64,000 nt of DNA from Cycas panzhihuaensis. Lineage: Eukaryota; Plantae; Cycadophyta. The notes beneath the pieces were generated by a model, which made no database searches, was not told the DNA's origin, and saw nothing but the letters and a program-made list of their open reading frames with translations. How positions within the stretch are numbered: the stretch's first letter is position 1; each line of letters starts with the position of its first letter. Made by a program: the position numbers and the translations under genes. Positions 1-13,498 of this stretch are shown here, piece after piece. The stretch is from positions 132,253,741-132,317,740 of the forward strand of contig CM041465.1 in assembly GCA_023213395.1 (NCBI GenBank). Direction: 5' to 3'.

Positions 1-1029
1 TATTCCACTACCCAAACTATCTGCAATCCATAAATGTGTAACCAGTACCTTCCCATCCTTTCTAGCTATAGCACAAATAGGATTATAATATGATAAAGTG
101 GTAGACAATAACGTGACTACAACTTGTATCATATCGTCTCGTATTGAATGCCCCGTTGTACACAAGCTCTGTCGCATATTTGTTGTATATTGTAAGGTCA
201 AATCCGACTAACACAAATCTTATTCCCTGAAATAATAGTCCCATTCTTCTACTATATGGATAGGAGTTTAAACAAGAGTATGCACCTTGATAAGAATGTA
301 GCGTTGTTAATAGTATATGCCACAAGATTAATATAAGCAATGATAGGAGTGGTGAATTTGAGGCACACTACTAGGCAGTCATTTACTTGTGGTATCCGAC
401 AATCGTTGTGGTATCCTGTGATCGCGATATATAATGTTTTAACGATCTTTTGGATGTAAGTAAAGACCAATATTATTCCTCTATTGTGTGTATATAGAAT
501 GATTGATTTACTTGGGCAACAAATTGACAATTGTAATTTGCCCAATGTCATTACGGACAAGAATTGATGCAGCGATTAAATATCCATGCACAATTATTAA
601 TTGTGTACTGTAACAGCCGTTGGCGATGTGATCAACTAATTGTATATGGTACTGAACGATATATATTAGCGACTTCAATGCTGATTAACGTTGTTAAATC
701 GTTCTTATTTACGTCACTTTCACGCTGTGTAATGATAATACGAAGATTAGTTTCGTATTAAGCACTGGTTAATTGCCATTTTCTAAAACTCCACATATAT
801 TTAGGTATACGAATTATAATATGCAGCAGGTCGAATTCTCTATAGACGCCGCCGTTAATACAACTTCCCAGATCTGCAACGGCTGATGCTGGAACAAGAT
901 GCAGAAACAATAACGAAATCCAGTGAACAGTGCAGTGATTTAGTGAATAGTGCAGCGATCCAGTGAACAGCGACGAGAAAAACACACGTAGCAACTAGTG
1001 AGTAACAACAAGAAAAATACTTAGACCAA

Positions 1030-1165
1030 TGAACAGTGACGATGTGCCGAGAATTCAGTGATGAGAACGAGACGAGAATTCAACGACGAGAATTTAGTGA
1101 TGAGAACGATGACGAGAATTCAGCGATGAGAATTTAGTAGCAAGAATTCAGTGATGAGAACGATA
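1030..1165. repeat. Degenerate short tandem array (about 14-bp unit GAGAATTCAGCGAT and variants)
   Basis: Recurrent gagaattcagtgat / gagaatttagtgat / gagaattcagcgat units, with related cagtgaacag units at 921-970. Confidence 0.75.
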
Positions 1166-1351
1166 TGCAACAACGAGAGCAAAAAACCCTTCCAAATATT
1201 GATGATGGACGGCCAAATAAATCGGTAACGCTGATTGAAGTTGAGTGCCTGCGTGGAACTATCAACTGGTGGAGAGCCCAACAACACTTGTTGAGTGAAT
1301 GAATAGCTCAAATTATTTGTAGTAACTTTACACAGCACGCAAGAACATTCA

Positions 1352-1362
1352 CTCTGATACCA
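1352..1362 (-). promoter_or_regulatory. Second PBS-like motif (tRNA-iMet)
   Basis: ctctgatacca is the reverse complement of TGGTATCAGAG. No clear TG-starting LTR is adjacent. Confidence 0.5.
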
Positions 1363-1716
1363 CTAATAGATAGTTCTCGAAATTAGCTTTTCAGTGATAT
1401 AAAATTTTTGAAAAACGGACACTGTCTGCTCAAGCTATGGTCAAAACAAAATGATGTACCCTTTTTCTAATGTTGCAAAATAATTAAAAAGGGAATATTC
1501 CTTATAATATCCTTACGTTAACTAGTGTGCAACTTTATGTAAGACGATTTTTTATAATTTCGAAAAGGTTTTTCTCTCTATAGAAGAATCCAATTTCTCC
1601 CAAACTTTGTAGGTGGATAGATCATGACGTGACGATTAAAACAAGTACCCCCTTCGAGGGGTTTCGTTAGAATTTTGGTCGTCAATCTTTGTTTCTTGAT
1701 TTTCTTGGACCGTATT

Positions 1717-1728
1717 GCTCTGATACCA
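1717..1728 (-). promoter_or_regulatory. Primer-binding site (tRNA-iMet)
   Basis: gctctgatacca, 2 nt from the LTR edge at 1731. Confidence 0.85.
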
Positions 1729-1730
1729 CT

Positions 1731-1976
1731 TGTTACGAACCCAGTTCGTAACTTGAAGACAAACCCAAACGAGCAAGAGAGCACACCATAATACTGAGGC
1801 AAGTTATAGTCAATAGACCAAATATTTGATTGATAAGATAAAATGATGATGTACAATACATTAGAGGCCTTTATTTATAGGTGCATAATAGGCCCCTTCA
1901 TTAAAAAGCACAACTCTTCAGCATATCCCACTTCATTGAATGAACAATTAATTAACCTCTAAGGAGGTTCGTAACA
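1731..1976 (-). repeat. Short LTR (246 bp)
   Basis: Perfect 10-bp terminal inverted repeat TGTTACGAAC...GTTCGTAACA, with internal tttata (TATA on the minus strand). Confidence 0.8.
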
Positions 1977-2899
1977 CTTTTCCTTGTGAATACTTAGGTC
2001 CTTCAGAGTGGAGTCCACACTTATTTTTTTCCTTCTTTCCTAGGGTTTCTATTTCTTCCTCTGAAGTATCCTCCTTAGAATCTTCTCCTTCCTCTTTCAG
2101 GACTTCTTCTTTTTCCTTTGTAGCTTTTCTTTCTTCTTCTACGTTCTTTTCTTTTTCTTTCGAGCTTAATACATCTGATTCAACTAGGCAAGTGTTATCA
2201 CCATCGGCTCTCCATGGCCTTTATTCCCTTTTTCTTGTGGTGTCTAGGCGTCATTTGCTTTAGATCCTTCTACGAATTGTTTTTTATTGTAGTATTTTTT
2301 TTTCAAATACTCAATCTCCTTGACCTTGTAAGTTTCTTCTCATTCGCCCATCTTATAGCCCTTTGTTTGCTTGATTATGATATCCCCTTATGTGAAGGTC
2401 ATTTTGGTGGCTCTTCTGCCTTCGAAGACTATTTAGGTGGCATTAGAAGGTCCCTTAGCTATCGTGGCTTAGTTAAAGCCTGCCATCACTTTGACAACCA
2501 GGGTGACTTGATCTTTGTGCATTAAAGGACTCCAGTTTCTCTTCTCTTCCCCCCGCTAATGAACTTAGGCAATGGAATCAATGTGACTTCACCTTTCACC
2601 CCTTGGAAGGTGCACTTGTCAAAGGGCCACTTTCTGGTAGTCTAGACTAGGGCTTCTTGTCAACTTATGGGTTATTTATACACAATATGCCACATAAGCC
2701 CATAATAGAGCGTTAGTCACAACATCATCACAGTATTATTAATCATCACATCGTCATAAATCAAGCACACATGATATATGAGACATATTTTTCATGTAAC
2801 TTGGTTATTTTATTAAGCAATGTCACTGTTTACATCAATCCACATCATCATCTGGCTTTTTCCTCCTAGAACACCATCTAGATTACAATACACTTGGCA

Positions 2900-4411
2900 T
2901 TCGTACTAGAAAACATGCCATAGGACTCAGATACTTGGCTCTCACATACAAAATGGTGAGAAATGACCTATAAATACCCTTTGCATACATTTTGGGAAAT
3001 GGTTGTGACCAATAGGTACAATTGTCCCTTTTACATAACACACACCTTTGGTAATTAGGTAACTAATAATTAATGGTTACATTTGATTATGACCATCTGT
3101 CCATGCGTCTGTACGCTCTTGGCTCCCTTTGGCTTGTGTTCTGCTCATTTTGGTTTGTGCGTCCCTCATATGTTTCAGTTATGGCATAGTCTATTATGCA
3201 TTCCCTGAGAGGTTGTCTTTGCTATTTTCTGCCAAAAATTCACGTGTTCCATTGCTTGGACACTTGCTAAGCTGCCAATTGCATGCCAAATGCCATTCGT
3301 TCCACCATCCAAGTGCACAGGTGTTAGATTTGACCCCAACATGATCTCGTTGGCAAAAATTGCATATATCTAAGGATGTAATCTTTGTTGAAGATAACAA
3401 GGCACTTGGCTTTAGCTCTATCCAAGTTTCCCTTGATAAAGGCAAGGCTATAATTGAGGATTTTGCTCCCTCAACTTCTTCTACGCAATGACTTTCATTT
3501 GCACCTGCATCATCTTCGTCGTCCTCTTTAGAGTCATCGGCTACTCCACTTAGTCTTGGTAGAACATTAGAAATTCAACAAGCTTTATAGGCACAAGACA
3601 TTGATGTGGTAAGAACAACGGTGAAAAAACTACCCAAATGGTATCTTCAAACTATTTCTAGTGCACAACAAGTTGAAGGTAAAAGACCCTAAAAAATGCA
3701 ATAACAAAATGTAAACTGTGCACTTATGGTTGGAGTGCTTGATACCAACGAGCCTTCCACTTTTGAGGAGGTATGTAATGATGGAAAGTGAAAAGCCACA
3801 ATGGATGAAGAAATCCATTCTATTCAAAAGAATGGAACATGAGACTTGGTTGACTTGCCTAAAGGCAAACAGCCAATTAGTTGCAAGTGGATTTACAAAG
3901 TCATGTTTTGATTTGATAGTCAATTAAGCGACACAAAGCTTAACTGGTAACAAAAGGATTTAAACAAAAGGAATGTATTGACTATGATGAGACCTTTGTA
4001 CTTGTTGCCAACATGAATACTATTAGAATTGTCACGGCCTTAGTTGTTCAATGCAAATGGTCTATGTATAAGATGGATGTTAAGAGTGCCTTTCTAAATG
4101 GCAAATTGACTGAGGAGGTATATTTGGAGCAACCTCCTAGTTATACTATACACAACAAAGAACAATTAGTTTGTCGACTCAAAAAGGCTTTGTATGGTCT
4201 AATGCAGGCACCACGTGCATGGTACTAAAAAATCAATGATTATTTTATGAAACATGGTTTTCATCGATCTTTATTAGACCTGAACTTATGCATCAAGGTT
4301 TAGCACAAGCATGTTAATCTTGTTGTGTTATATGTTGATGACTTGATAATCATTGGTAATGATACTGAGATGATAGAAAATCTTCGAGGGGACCTTAGAA
4401 AAAAGGTTTGA
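2900..4411 (+). pseudogene. Copia element A, part 1: decayed integrase C-terminus and RT N-terminal half
   Basis: ORF 4013-4228 reads MDVKSAFLNGKLTEEVYLEQP...LKKALYGLMQAPRAWY, and YVDD occurs near 4330. The frame is cut at KRF| by element B. The left boundary is approximate. Confidence 0.85.
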
Positions 4412-4786
4412 TGATGTGAAATCATGGGTGTGCATAGACTTAGAAAATGTTACCCATTTAATTAGGATTGTGGAAGAGGCGATTTAATAAATTCTCTTCT
4501 ATTATCTCGTAATCTAACTTACATCACAAAAACACACACTTATGATTTTTATAATGAAGGTGCCTGTCATTTATGCTAAGTGCCTAGTAACCACTTCAAA
4601 AACTACCTTCTAACTATCCAACTAATTAGCTGACTTAACTTTACTAACTGTTTCTTAACTTTCTAACTAATTGACAATTGAGCTATTTGAGTAACTTTCT
4701 AACTTAAACATACTTTACATGTAAGTACAATAATATACACATAATATTACATAGTGTCAAAACATATGGATGAGTGATATTCATCA
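4412..4786 (-). repeat. Element B 3' LTR
   Basis: TGATGTGAAATC...TTCATCA, collinear with 25019-25391. Confidence 0.9.
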
Positions 4787-5329
4787 TTCCTCCTTGTTTA
4801 AGAGGAAATTGTCCCCAATTTTTTAGTCCTCGACAGATAGGTGATAAGTAATCTGCAATGGCTGGGGTGGACCATTTTTTCTCCTTGTTTTCTAGGAAGA
4901 GAGATGTCAGATGAGATTGTTTGGTACCAAGAAATGTTGCTGATGGGCGTGAGGAATCTTGCTTGAAAATCTTCAACTGTGCTCTGGGCTTCTTGTTGGT
5001 AGAAATCAAGTGAAATGCCTTTGAAGGAGTGTGTCCAATGGACATTGAGGAATCATCACATGGAGTAGGGTTTATTTAATTGTGCCCTTCTTCAATGTGG
5101 TGTACATTTGGCATGATATGGTGCCATACTATCTGCGCTAGGTGCGAACCTATTGGAATTTCTGGAATAGGTGCGCTCATAAACAAGATATGAGATTGTT
5201 CTATTTGCTTTTAGATAGACCTCTTTGATGATGTGGAATCTCTTGGCTCTAGTGGCGAAGTTGTCTAAATGAGCTTCTGCATCTGCAAGGTGCTTGGCTT
5301 AGGCACTAACCTCACAAATAAGTTGGTGC

Positions 5330-6584
5330 CTTCTCGAACAAGAGTAGTGAGTTTGGCAACTTGTGTACTTATCCTCAAAGTAACTGGGGATGATGAAGAG
5401 TAGAGCACATAATTGAAGTTGTCTTTCTATAAATGATATATATTAATGAGTCCATAGTATACTGTCTCTCTATCATATTGATAGAGTGTCCCTATAAGTA
5501 ATTCACAACTACCCATGGGCGTTACATCACGAGTGACTATATCTACATAGGGCTTTTATTGCGAATGCCACGTTATAGTCTTTATCAATCTCGGTTTGCA
5601 GTGCTCTTCCTTTTTTAACCCATCCCAATGTATAGGGATTCAAATGAGGCTCTGTAGGGAGGTTAAGATCCCTAATGAGTTTGTTTGATATTAGATTTTT
5701 CATACTGCTATTATCAATAATGAGTAATACGATACGGTCTTTAATCTGCTAGTTCTGGGTAAATAATGCCTCTTTGGCTGAAGCATTAAAGTCTTTTGTC
5801 ATTAGAACTGGATTAGGATCCACCACCATTTGATTGGTGACAAGTATCATTGGTGGCCTTGTGGAGTCACTTGACATGCTACCCTCTTTGCACAATGTGT
5901 TACTTTCTTCTTTAGCTACTAGGGTTTTCACCTTGTATTTGTACCGCTCCTTCTACTTCCAACATTCTTCATTGGAATGGTTGCGGGACTTGTGTAGTGT
6001 GTATTACTTTCCTTTTCCCTTCTCTACTACTAAAGGATCAACTGCATCATTTTTCTTTCTTTGATTGAAAGGCTGTTTTGGTGGTCCTTTGGATCAAGCG
6101 GTTCTTTCTGATGAGTAGAGGGTCTTCTATGGAGCTTGCTTCCCACTTTCAATGCATACTACAAAGCCTCATCCAAGGAGGATATCTTCATAAGGTCTAA
6201 CTCCTGCTGCAAAGACTAAAATAGTCCACCTAAGAAATTGAGCTTGGGGGTGTGCTCAAAATCTTGGGACTGCACCACCATGACCATTTTATTAAATGTA
6301 TCAATGTATTGTTGGATAGATTGTCTAGTTTGCTGCCGCAACTGTAACCACTTCTTCACCCTTCCTTCTTTGTATTTGAGAGGATAAAACACTTTTGAGA
6401 TATTGTTTTGAAATTGTCCCATGAATTTACTTAACCATGGATGTTGGCATATGTTTGCCACCATACTAAGATTTGTTCTGCCATGTGTATCTCTAACACG
6501 TCAATTTTTTCATCATCTGAGGCTTTGCCATTTAAAATATGCCTTCAAACTTCAAATCCAACTATCCAAAGTTTCAACATTATT
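5330..6584 (-). pseudogene. Element B gag and aspartic protease (gag N-terminus continues at about 12347-12450)
   Basis: Minus-strand translation LLIIDNSSMKNLISNKLIRDLNLPTEPHLNPYTLGWV (CRM-type protease) and WLQLRQQTRQSIQQY (gag). Rejoining across element C gives KFHSTNNVETLDSWI. Confidence 0.8.
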
Positions 6585-9500
6585 TGTAGCGAGTCTTTTA
6601 CCCAATTGGACAGAAAATAGAGTAGAGTAGGGCGAATTCAAAGAAAACCGAACAATAATAGAGAAAAGGTCCACAAATACTAAAACCAGATAGAGCAAAT
6701 TCACAGATGGCAAACACCTTTTGATCCAAAATTATATCTCCAATTATAGGTTAAATACAAAAATACGATACCAAAATGTACAAAATATAAGTAGAGTTCC
6801 AACAGAGTACCTGTACTGCCTGCAACAATCACCAAACCCTTCGAGGCGGGGATCCTCCCAAAAATTGTAGCTCTAAGGCCGAAAATCTGCACTTGCCTTA
6901 AGGCCGAAAATGAGGAGGAAAAAGCTTCGCAACTGGATAATTTCGAATGGTCTCAAGGTCCCTATATATAGGTGCATAAATTGGGACAAAATGAAGTCGG
7001 CCATAGTAGGGAGGAGTGCGCCCAACATAATCATGAGAAGTCGGCCACAACTTCTCTAAAAATTGGTAGGTTGTCTTTAAATGGTCATAACTTTTGATAG
7101 GGATGTCAGAATTGACTTTCGTTTGAACCGTTGGACTCGTCGTTCAGAGGCCTTTCATTTGAATGTTTATATGCTATACCTTTGACCATATTTTGGAGTG
7201 CTACAAGTCCCCTCCCCTTGAAATTGTGCTTTGCCCTCAAAGCACTGGTAGGCTCTAAAATTGTTTTTACCATTCGTCATTTTCCCAAGTGGCGTCTTCA
7301 ATATCCAAGTTCTTCCATTTGATTAGGTGCTCTTTGATCTGTCTAGACCTGAGAGATCGGATGCGGGATTTTAAGATTCCTTCAGGTTCTAGCGTCATCT
7401 TTCCTTCCTCATCGAGCTTTGGTATGTTGGATTGAGGAACGATCTTTTCCCCAATTTTCTTCTTTAGACAGGATACATGGAAAACGTTGTGAATCTTTGT
7501 GTTTTCTGGGAGTTCTAACTGATAGGCGACTTCACCTACTTTGGAAGTGATTTTGTAAGGACCAAAGTATCTAGATGCTACCTTTTGATTGTTTTTTTCT
7601 GTAAGGACATCTGTTTGTATGATTGAAGGCGTAAGAAGACCTAGTCTCCTACTTCAAATTGTTGTTCCGAGCGTTTTAGATCGGCCTGTTGTTTCATTCT
7701 GTTTTGTGCAATTGCTAGGTTATCCTTCAATTTGTTGATGGTTTCCTCCATTTGCTTAGATGTTCTTATTTGCTGGACGGTGAAGGTCTATTCCATGTTA
7801 ATAATGATGGTGGCATGTAGCCATACAAGCCTGGAAAGGTGTCATTTTTGTTCAAGAATGATATGTGGTGTTGTACCACCATTCTGCTAAATGTAACCAT
7901 TAATGCCATTGTTTTTGTTTGTTTGAGCAGAAGTTTCTCAACTATCCTTCTAAGCATTTGTTGACAATCTCTGTTTGCCCATCCGTCTGAGGATGGTATG
8001 ATGTGCTCATCTTGAGTTTGGTGGTTGCAATTTTGAATAGATTCTGCCAAAATTTACTAGTAAATTTTGGGTCACAGCCACTTACAATTGCTTTAGGAAA
8101 ACCATGCAACCTATGGATCTCCTTCATATATAGTTTTGCCACGTCGCTGGCCTTAGCTGTCGATTTCAGTCCTCTGAAGTGGCCATATTTGGTGAGGCGA
8201 TCTATGATGACCAAAATTGCGTCCTTTCCTTCAGAGCAGGGTAATCCGGTTATAAAATCCATGGATATTTCGTCCCATTTTTGTTCTGGCGTTGGCAACG
8301 GCTGGAGTAACCCTGGTGTTTTTATGCATTCGATCCTATTTCGTTGATAGGTATCACATTCTGCCACAAACTTTTGAACGTTTGTTTTTAATCCTTTCCA
8401 GTAAAATGAAGCTCTTATCTTCCTGTATGTCTTGTCAATCCTTGTGTGACCAGCTATCGGTGTGGAATGGCCTTCTTGTAATATTATCTCCTTTAGCCCT
8501 GACCTTCTAGGAATGCAGATCTTTCCTTTCCTGAGTATTACTCCCTATTGTATCTCAAATGAACCACTTTTGTCCTCCCTTACTTTGTCGATCAATTGTT
8601 TGTACTTCGGATCATTGTCGTATTCCTTCTTTAATGTCTCATGCCAGGCTGGAGTAGCCATTGATATTGTATGTAGTGCTGGTTTCTCGTGAGTTTCTTC
8701 TGGAATTCTTGAGAGGGCGTCTGCTATGACATTGTCTTTGCCCTTTTTGTACACAATGGAGAAATCGAATGTTTGTAGTTTGCTCAGCCACTTTTGTTGT
8801 TCGTCTGACAGTGTCTTCTGATATAAGAAGTATTTAAGACTGTCGTGGTTCGTTCGTACCTGGAAGAAGTTGCCTAGTAAATACTGTCTCCACTAGTTGA
8901 TCGCGTGTATTATTGCTAGCATCTCCTTATCATAGATGTGTTTAACTTTTCTCTGTTATTCAATTTCCTGCTTTCGTACGCTATCAGTCTTTCGTCTTGT
9001 AATAGGACAGCTCCAATGCCAAACCTTGAAGCATCGCATTCCAAGATGAATGGTTTTGAGAAGTCTGGGACTGCTAAAACTGGGGCTCTTACCATTGCGC
9101 TTTTTAGTTCTTCAAAGGCCTTGTTGGCCGTTTCGTTCCATGTGAAAGCATCCTTTTTTGTCAGATCCGTAAGTGGAGCTGCTATGTTAGCATATCCTCT
9201 TATGAATTTCCTGAGGTATCCGGCTGCTCCTAAGAAGCTGCGAACTCCCGTGACATTCTTTGGTGCTGGTCATTCTATTATTTCTTGGACCTTTTTGGGG
9301 TCAACCTTGATTCCATTTGGAGTAATGATATGACCGAGGTATTCGAGTTCCTATTGGCCAAAAGAGCATTTTTTCTTGTTTGCAAAGAATAGACCTTTTG
9401 CTAAAATTTCTAGGACTAATCTCAGGTGTTCCAAATGTTCTCTCCATATTTTGCTGTAAATGAGGATATCATCGAAAAAGATTAGTACGAATTTCCTCAA

Positions 9501-12346
9501 ACATTCCTTGAATGTGGAATTCATAGTGGCCTGGAACATTGTTGGAGCGTTGGTTAGACCAAATGGCATCACTTTGAATTGAGCAGGTCCCTCATGAGTT
9601 CGAATCTTTGTCTTGTGGACGTCCCCCCTTTAACCCGAATTTGATGGTATCCCGATCAGAGGTCTATCTTGGAGAAGTATTTTGCTCCGTGTATTTCGTT
9701 TAGTAGGTCATCGATCCTGGGGATAGGATATCTATTTTTTACAGTCAACTTGTTTAATCCCCTGTAATCTACGCACATCCTGATTGTGTTGTCTTTCTTA
9801 GGGCTAACATTCACCGGGGATGCAAACGGGCTTATGCTAGTCTGAATATGGCCGTGTGCAAGTAATTCTCTAGTTATGTTCTCGATCTCTTTCCTCGTGG
9901 TATGGATGCCTCTACGGCCTTATGTTCACCGGTGCTGCTCCTGGGATTAAATCAATTGCGTGCTGAATTCTCTTGCTAGAGGTAATCCTTTTGGTTCTTC
10001 GAATACTTGTTTATATTCGTCCAAGATGTACTGTATTTCCGTTGGAATTTTTTGGATTTCTATCTTGTGGCATGACACTATGTATGTGGGTGCTTTCTTC
10101 AGCATGATTCTTTCCATTCTGTGAGATGACACTAATTGTGTTGGTGGATATTTAGGTCCCCGAGTATGTATTTTGTGCCGTTTATTTGGAAGCACATGAC
10201 TCTGGTCATGTAGTTGGTGACTATATTTCCTAAGGTTTGTAACCACTGTACCCCTAGGACTATATCAACGCCTCCTATCTGCATCGCAAACATATTGGAG
10301 GTCGTGGTACTCACCAATTTTCAGTTGATGTTTACAGAATCCTCCACAAGGTCTTTGTATTCAGATTAGCAATTGAGACCTCGAAGGTTTTTAATGGTTC
10401 CACCTTGATTCCCAACTTTTGGGCTGTTGGTCTGTTGATAAAATTGTGTGTGCTCCCACTATCCACCAACACCGCTATTGGGGCTCCTTTTAGCATCCCT
10501 TCAAATCGTAGTGTTTGACGTGCCGTGCTTTGACCTGTTATGGCCTGCAGAGATATTTGAACATTTTCTGTATCGATTTCTAGTAGTTCATCTAGCTCAG
10601 CTTCGGCATGTTCATTGTTATCTTCTTGATCTGGGGCCGTATCTTCTTCTGTTTGTTCAGGTATCTCCAGTTCTTCATTATGCAGCATAAATACCTTCTT
10701 TCCCAGGCATTGGTGCTCTCGATTCCATTTCTCTCCGCATTTGAAACAAGTACCTTTCTGTATGTGTTGTTGTTGTGTGGAGTTTTCCGTTGTATTCTTG
10801 ATTGCAAGCGGAGCGTCTGATTTAACTCCTAACCTATGCCAGTTCGTGTTAGATGGTGGAGCAAAATCTGTTCTACGCACGAAGGTAGGCCTGGTTTCTT
10901 TAAGTTCAGCTTCAACACATCGAGCATGGTTTATGATCTCTTCTAATGCTCCGTGTTCTTTGTGCTAATAGGAATCGATGGGGGCCTTGAGCCCGCTTAT
11001 ATATGTCTCCCTTAGACATTCCTGAGGAATGTTTGATGTAACCATACATTGTAACATCTGAAATTGTTCCATATATTTGCGAACTGATCCCATCTGCTGC
11101 AGTCTTGTCAATTGTGCAAAGTAATTCATAGACCAAGAGTCTTCATATTGGTTGATGATGGCTATTCTGAAATTTCTCCATTTCTCTTGCTGAGGTCCTT
11201 GCATCTTTTTCCACCAATAATACTAATTCAAGGCTCGCCCATAGAGATGTAAGGAGGCAATGGGCACCATATCTATGCTTGGTCTGTGAAATATGTTTCC
11301 ATTTGAAGTAGCCATGCTATTATGTCCCGTGTTTTTTCTGGGTCAAATTTTTCTAATGCGATCTTTGGTCCTCCTTGATTTACATTTCTTCGTTGAAAAA
11401 CAATTCCTTCCTTAAACCTACCTTCTGGGTTCCCCTAATCTGTCTCTTGATCTGAATCACATTACATTTTTTGGCTGAGCTATCTCTTGTTTGTCCAATC
11501 TTCCGTTTAGGTTCCTGATTTGTTGTGAAAGTTCCTCCATGACTACTGTCAAGGTTTCTACTGCTTGTTCTTCTAAATTATGGGACCTCGGCATTTTGTT
11601 TTGTGGGCTGATTTTTCTGGATCTTAATTCCGTCTTGGTCCTTTCTGAATTGCTAGGGTGGGAGGGTGGGTCAAAATTTCCTTCCCCTCGTGAAAAATTC
11701 TCCGCTTCAGAATGAAGCTCTGATACCACTTGTAGCGAGTCCTTTACCCAATTGGACAGAAAATAGAGCAGAGTAGGGCGAATTCACAGAAAACCGAACA
11801 ATAATAGAGAAAAGGTCCACAAATACTAAGACCAAATAGAGCAAATTCACAGATGGCAAACACCTTTTGATCCAAAATTATATCTCCAATTATAGGTTAA
11901 ATACAAAAAATACGATACCAAAATGTACAAAATATAAGTAGAGTTCCAACAGTACTGTCATCGCTGCAACAATCACCAAACCCTTCGAGGCGGGGATCCT
12001 CCTAGAAATTGCAGCCCTAAGGCCGAAAATCTGCACTTGCCTTAAGGCTAAAAATGAGGAGGAAAAAGCTTCGCAACTGGATAATTTCAAATGGTCTCAA
12101 AGTCCCTATATATAGGCGCATAAACTGGGACAAAATGAAGTCAGCCAGAGCAGGGAGGAGTGCGCCCAACATAATCATGAGAAGTTGGCCACAACTTCTC
12201 TAAACTGGCAGGTTGTCTTTAAATGGCATAACGTTTGATAGGGATGTCGGAGATGACTTTCGTCTGAACTGTTGGAATCGTCGTTCAGAGGCCTTTCATT
12301 TGAATGCGTATATGCTATACCTTTAACCATATTTTGGAGTGCTACA
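6585..12346 (-). mobile_element. Gypsy element C, full-length chromovirus (5.76 kb)
   Basis: LTRs at 6585-7205 and 11731-12346 (TGTAGC...GCTACA); TSD TTATT (6580-6584 and 12347-12351); PBS at 11717-11728; PPT at 7206-7219. Confidence 0.95.
7260..11600 (-). pseudogene. Element C gag-PR-RT-RNaseH-IN-chromodomain, frameshifted
   Basis: CFKCGEKW..EHQC knuckle; VLVDSGSTHNFI; [18 protein letters not shown]; YKKGKDNVIADALSR; [10 protein letters not shown]; chromodomain EHLIKWKNLDIEDATWE at about 7280-7335. Confidence 0.93.
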
Positions 12347-12531
12347 TTATTTGTGCTATGAAACTTTGAAATACTTATGGAGGTATACAGTTTGAATTGT
12401 AATTGTTGGATGGGAATTGCTGTGTGAATTTGTGCCTATTGCACTTATTGAGCTTGTAAAAGTTACTGGGTTTGCTGGGTCTAATGAACCATGAGTTATT
12501 GAAACATGGTCATTATGTTTTGCATCATATG

Positions 12532-13094
12532 TGTTAAGACCTTTATGTCTAAATGTTCAGTGTTGTACTTTATATTGTAAAGTTGATGTACTTTATGTAA
12601 CTTTATGTAAGGGTGACTTATCACCGAATGTGATAAACTACACATCCACATTAGTTCTAGTGACATAATATTGTGACTTAAGGGTCAATGTACCCTCATG
12701 TCCTTTTTCTCACAAAGAGGCCCCGAGGGACACTTGTCCCACATGCAAAGGGTATAGTTTGGATGTTTGACACTTGTCAAGCATCCAACTATCCAAGGTC
12801 CTCCTTCACTTCTATATAAGGAGGTCAAACCTCATGTATCAAACATGCAAGTGAGTATTGTACTGTTATGCTACTAATTTGAATCCAAGTCAATCTCTCT
12901 TATTTTGGAGCAAGGATAAATTCCTACTCCTCCATATTTTGTGTTTATCTTATGCTTGAGTTTATTTACTTCATACTTGTTTAGGTGCTCATATTCTTAG
13001 CTACTTATTGTTGATGCTAATCATCTTCCTATGCTAGCCAACTTCCTCTCCATTGGATTTTAAGGGCTGTGTTCATCATCAATTGGTATGAAAG
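12532..13094 (+). mobile_element. Element D remnant: LTR-like segment followed by a degenerate PBS
   Basis: Ends ...TTCATCATCA (13081), then TGGTATGAAAG (13084-13094). TATA-like ctatataag near 12812. The left edge is uncertain. Confidence 0.45.
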
Positions 13095-13498
13095 TTGAAT
13101 GCCATCTTCAACAATATATTGCATCACTTGAACAACGATTGGAGATGGTTTCCTTGATTCTTGTTTGGTAAAGGGCTTTATTCTCCTTAACTCATAATCT
13201 TCAACCATTTTTTCCTAAAAAAAAGTCTATTTTCCTTTATGAGGCAAGTTGGCTTAGCAAAAATTCAACAGTTGTTTTTAGTAAATGTTAGAATATGTGT
13301 CCATACCGTCTAATGTAAAGTGGGCCTCCCTATTTATGTGCCTAATTATGCGGAGAATATTCTCGAGTGTAGTGAGCCGATAGATGTAAATTGTAATTAT
13401 ATTTGGCACTTTAGATCTATAAATATAGATCAAAGTCCATCTTTGTATCAATATCATTTTATCATAATGTGAAATGTTATCATTTGTGGGTTTTTCCC

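Larger units (their letters stand above)
1..1976 (-). mobile_element. Left-truncated LTR retroelement (element X): 5' LTR, PBS and non-coding or decayed internal region
   Basis: LTR at 1731-1976 adjoins a minus-strand tRNA-iMet PBS. The internal region to its left has no convincing pol ORF. Confidence 0.55.

Noticed and set aside
83-340. YDTSCSHV as a Copia protease active site
   Set aside because: The resemblance to D(S/T)GCS.HM is weak and there is no supporting flanking motif, so it was not called.
1985-2600. Lys/Glu-rich minus-strand frame as a host gene
   Set aside because: It is low complexity, interrupted by stops, and has no splice structure or recognisable domain. It is probably TE-derived.
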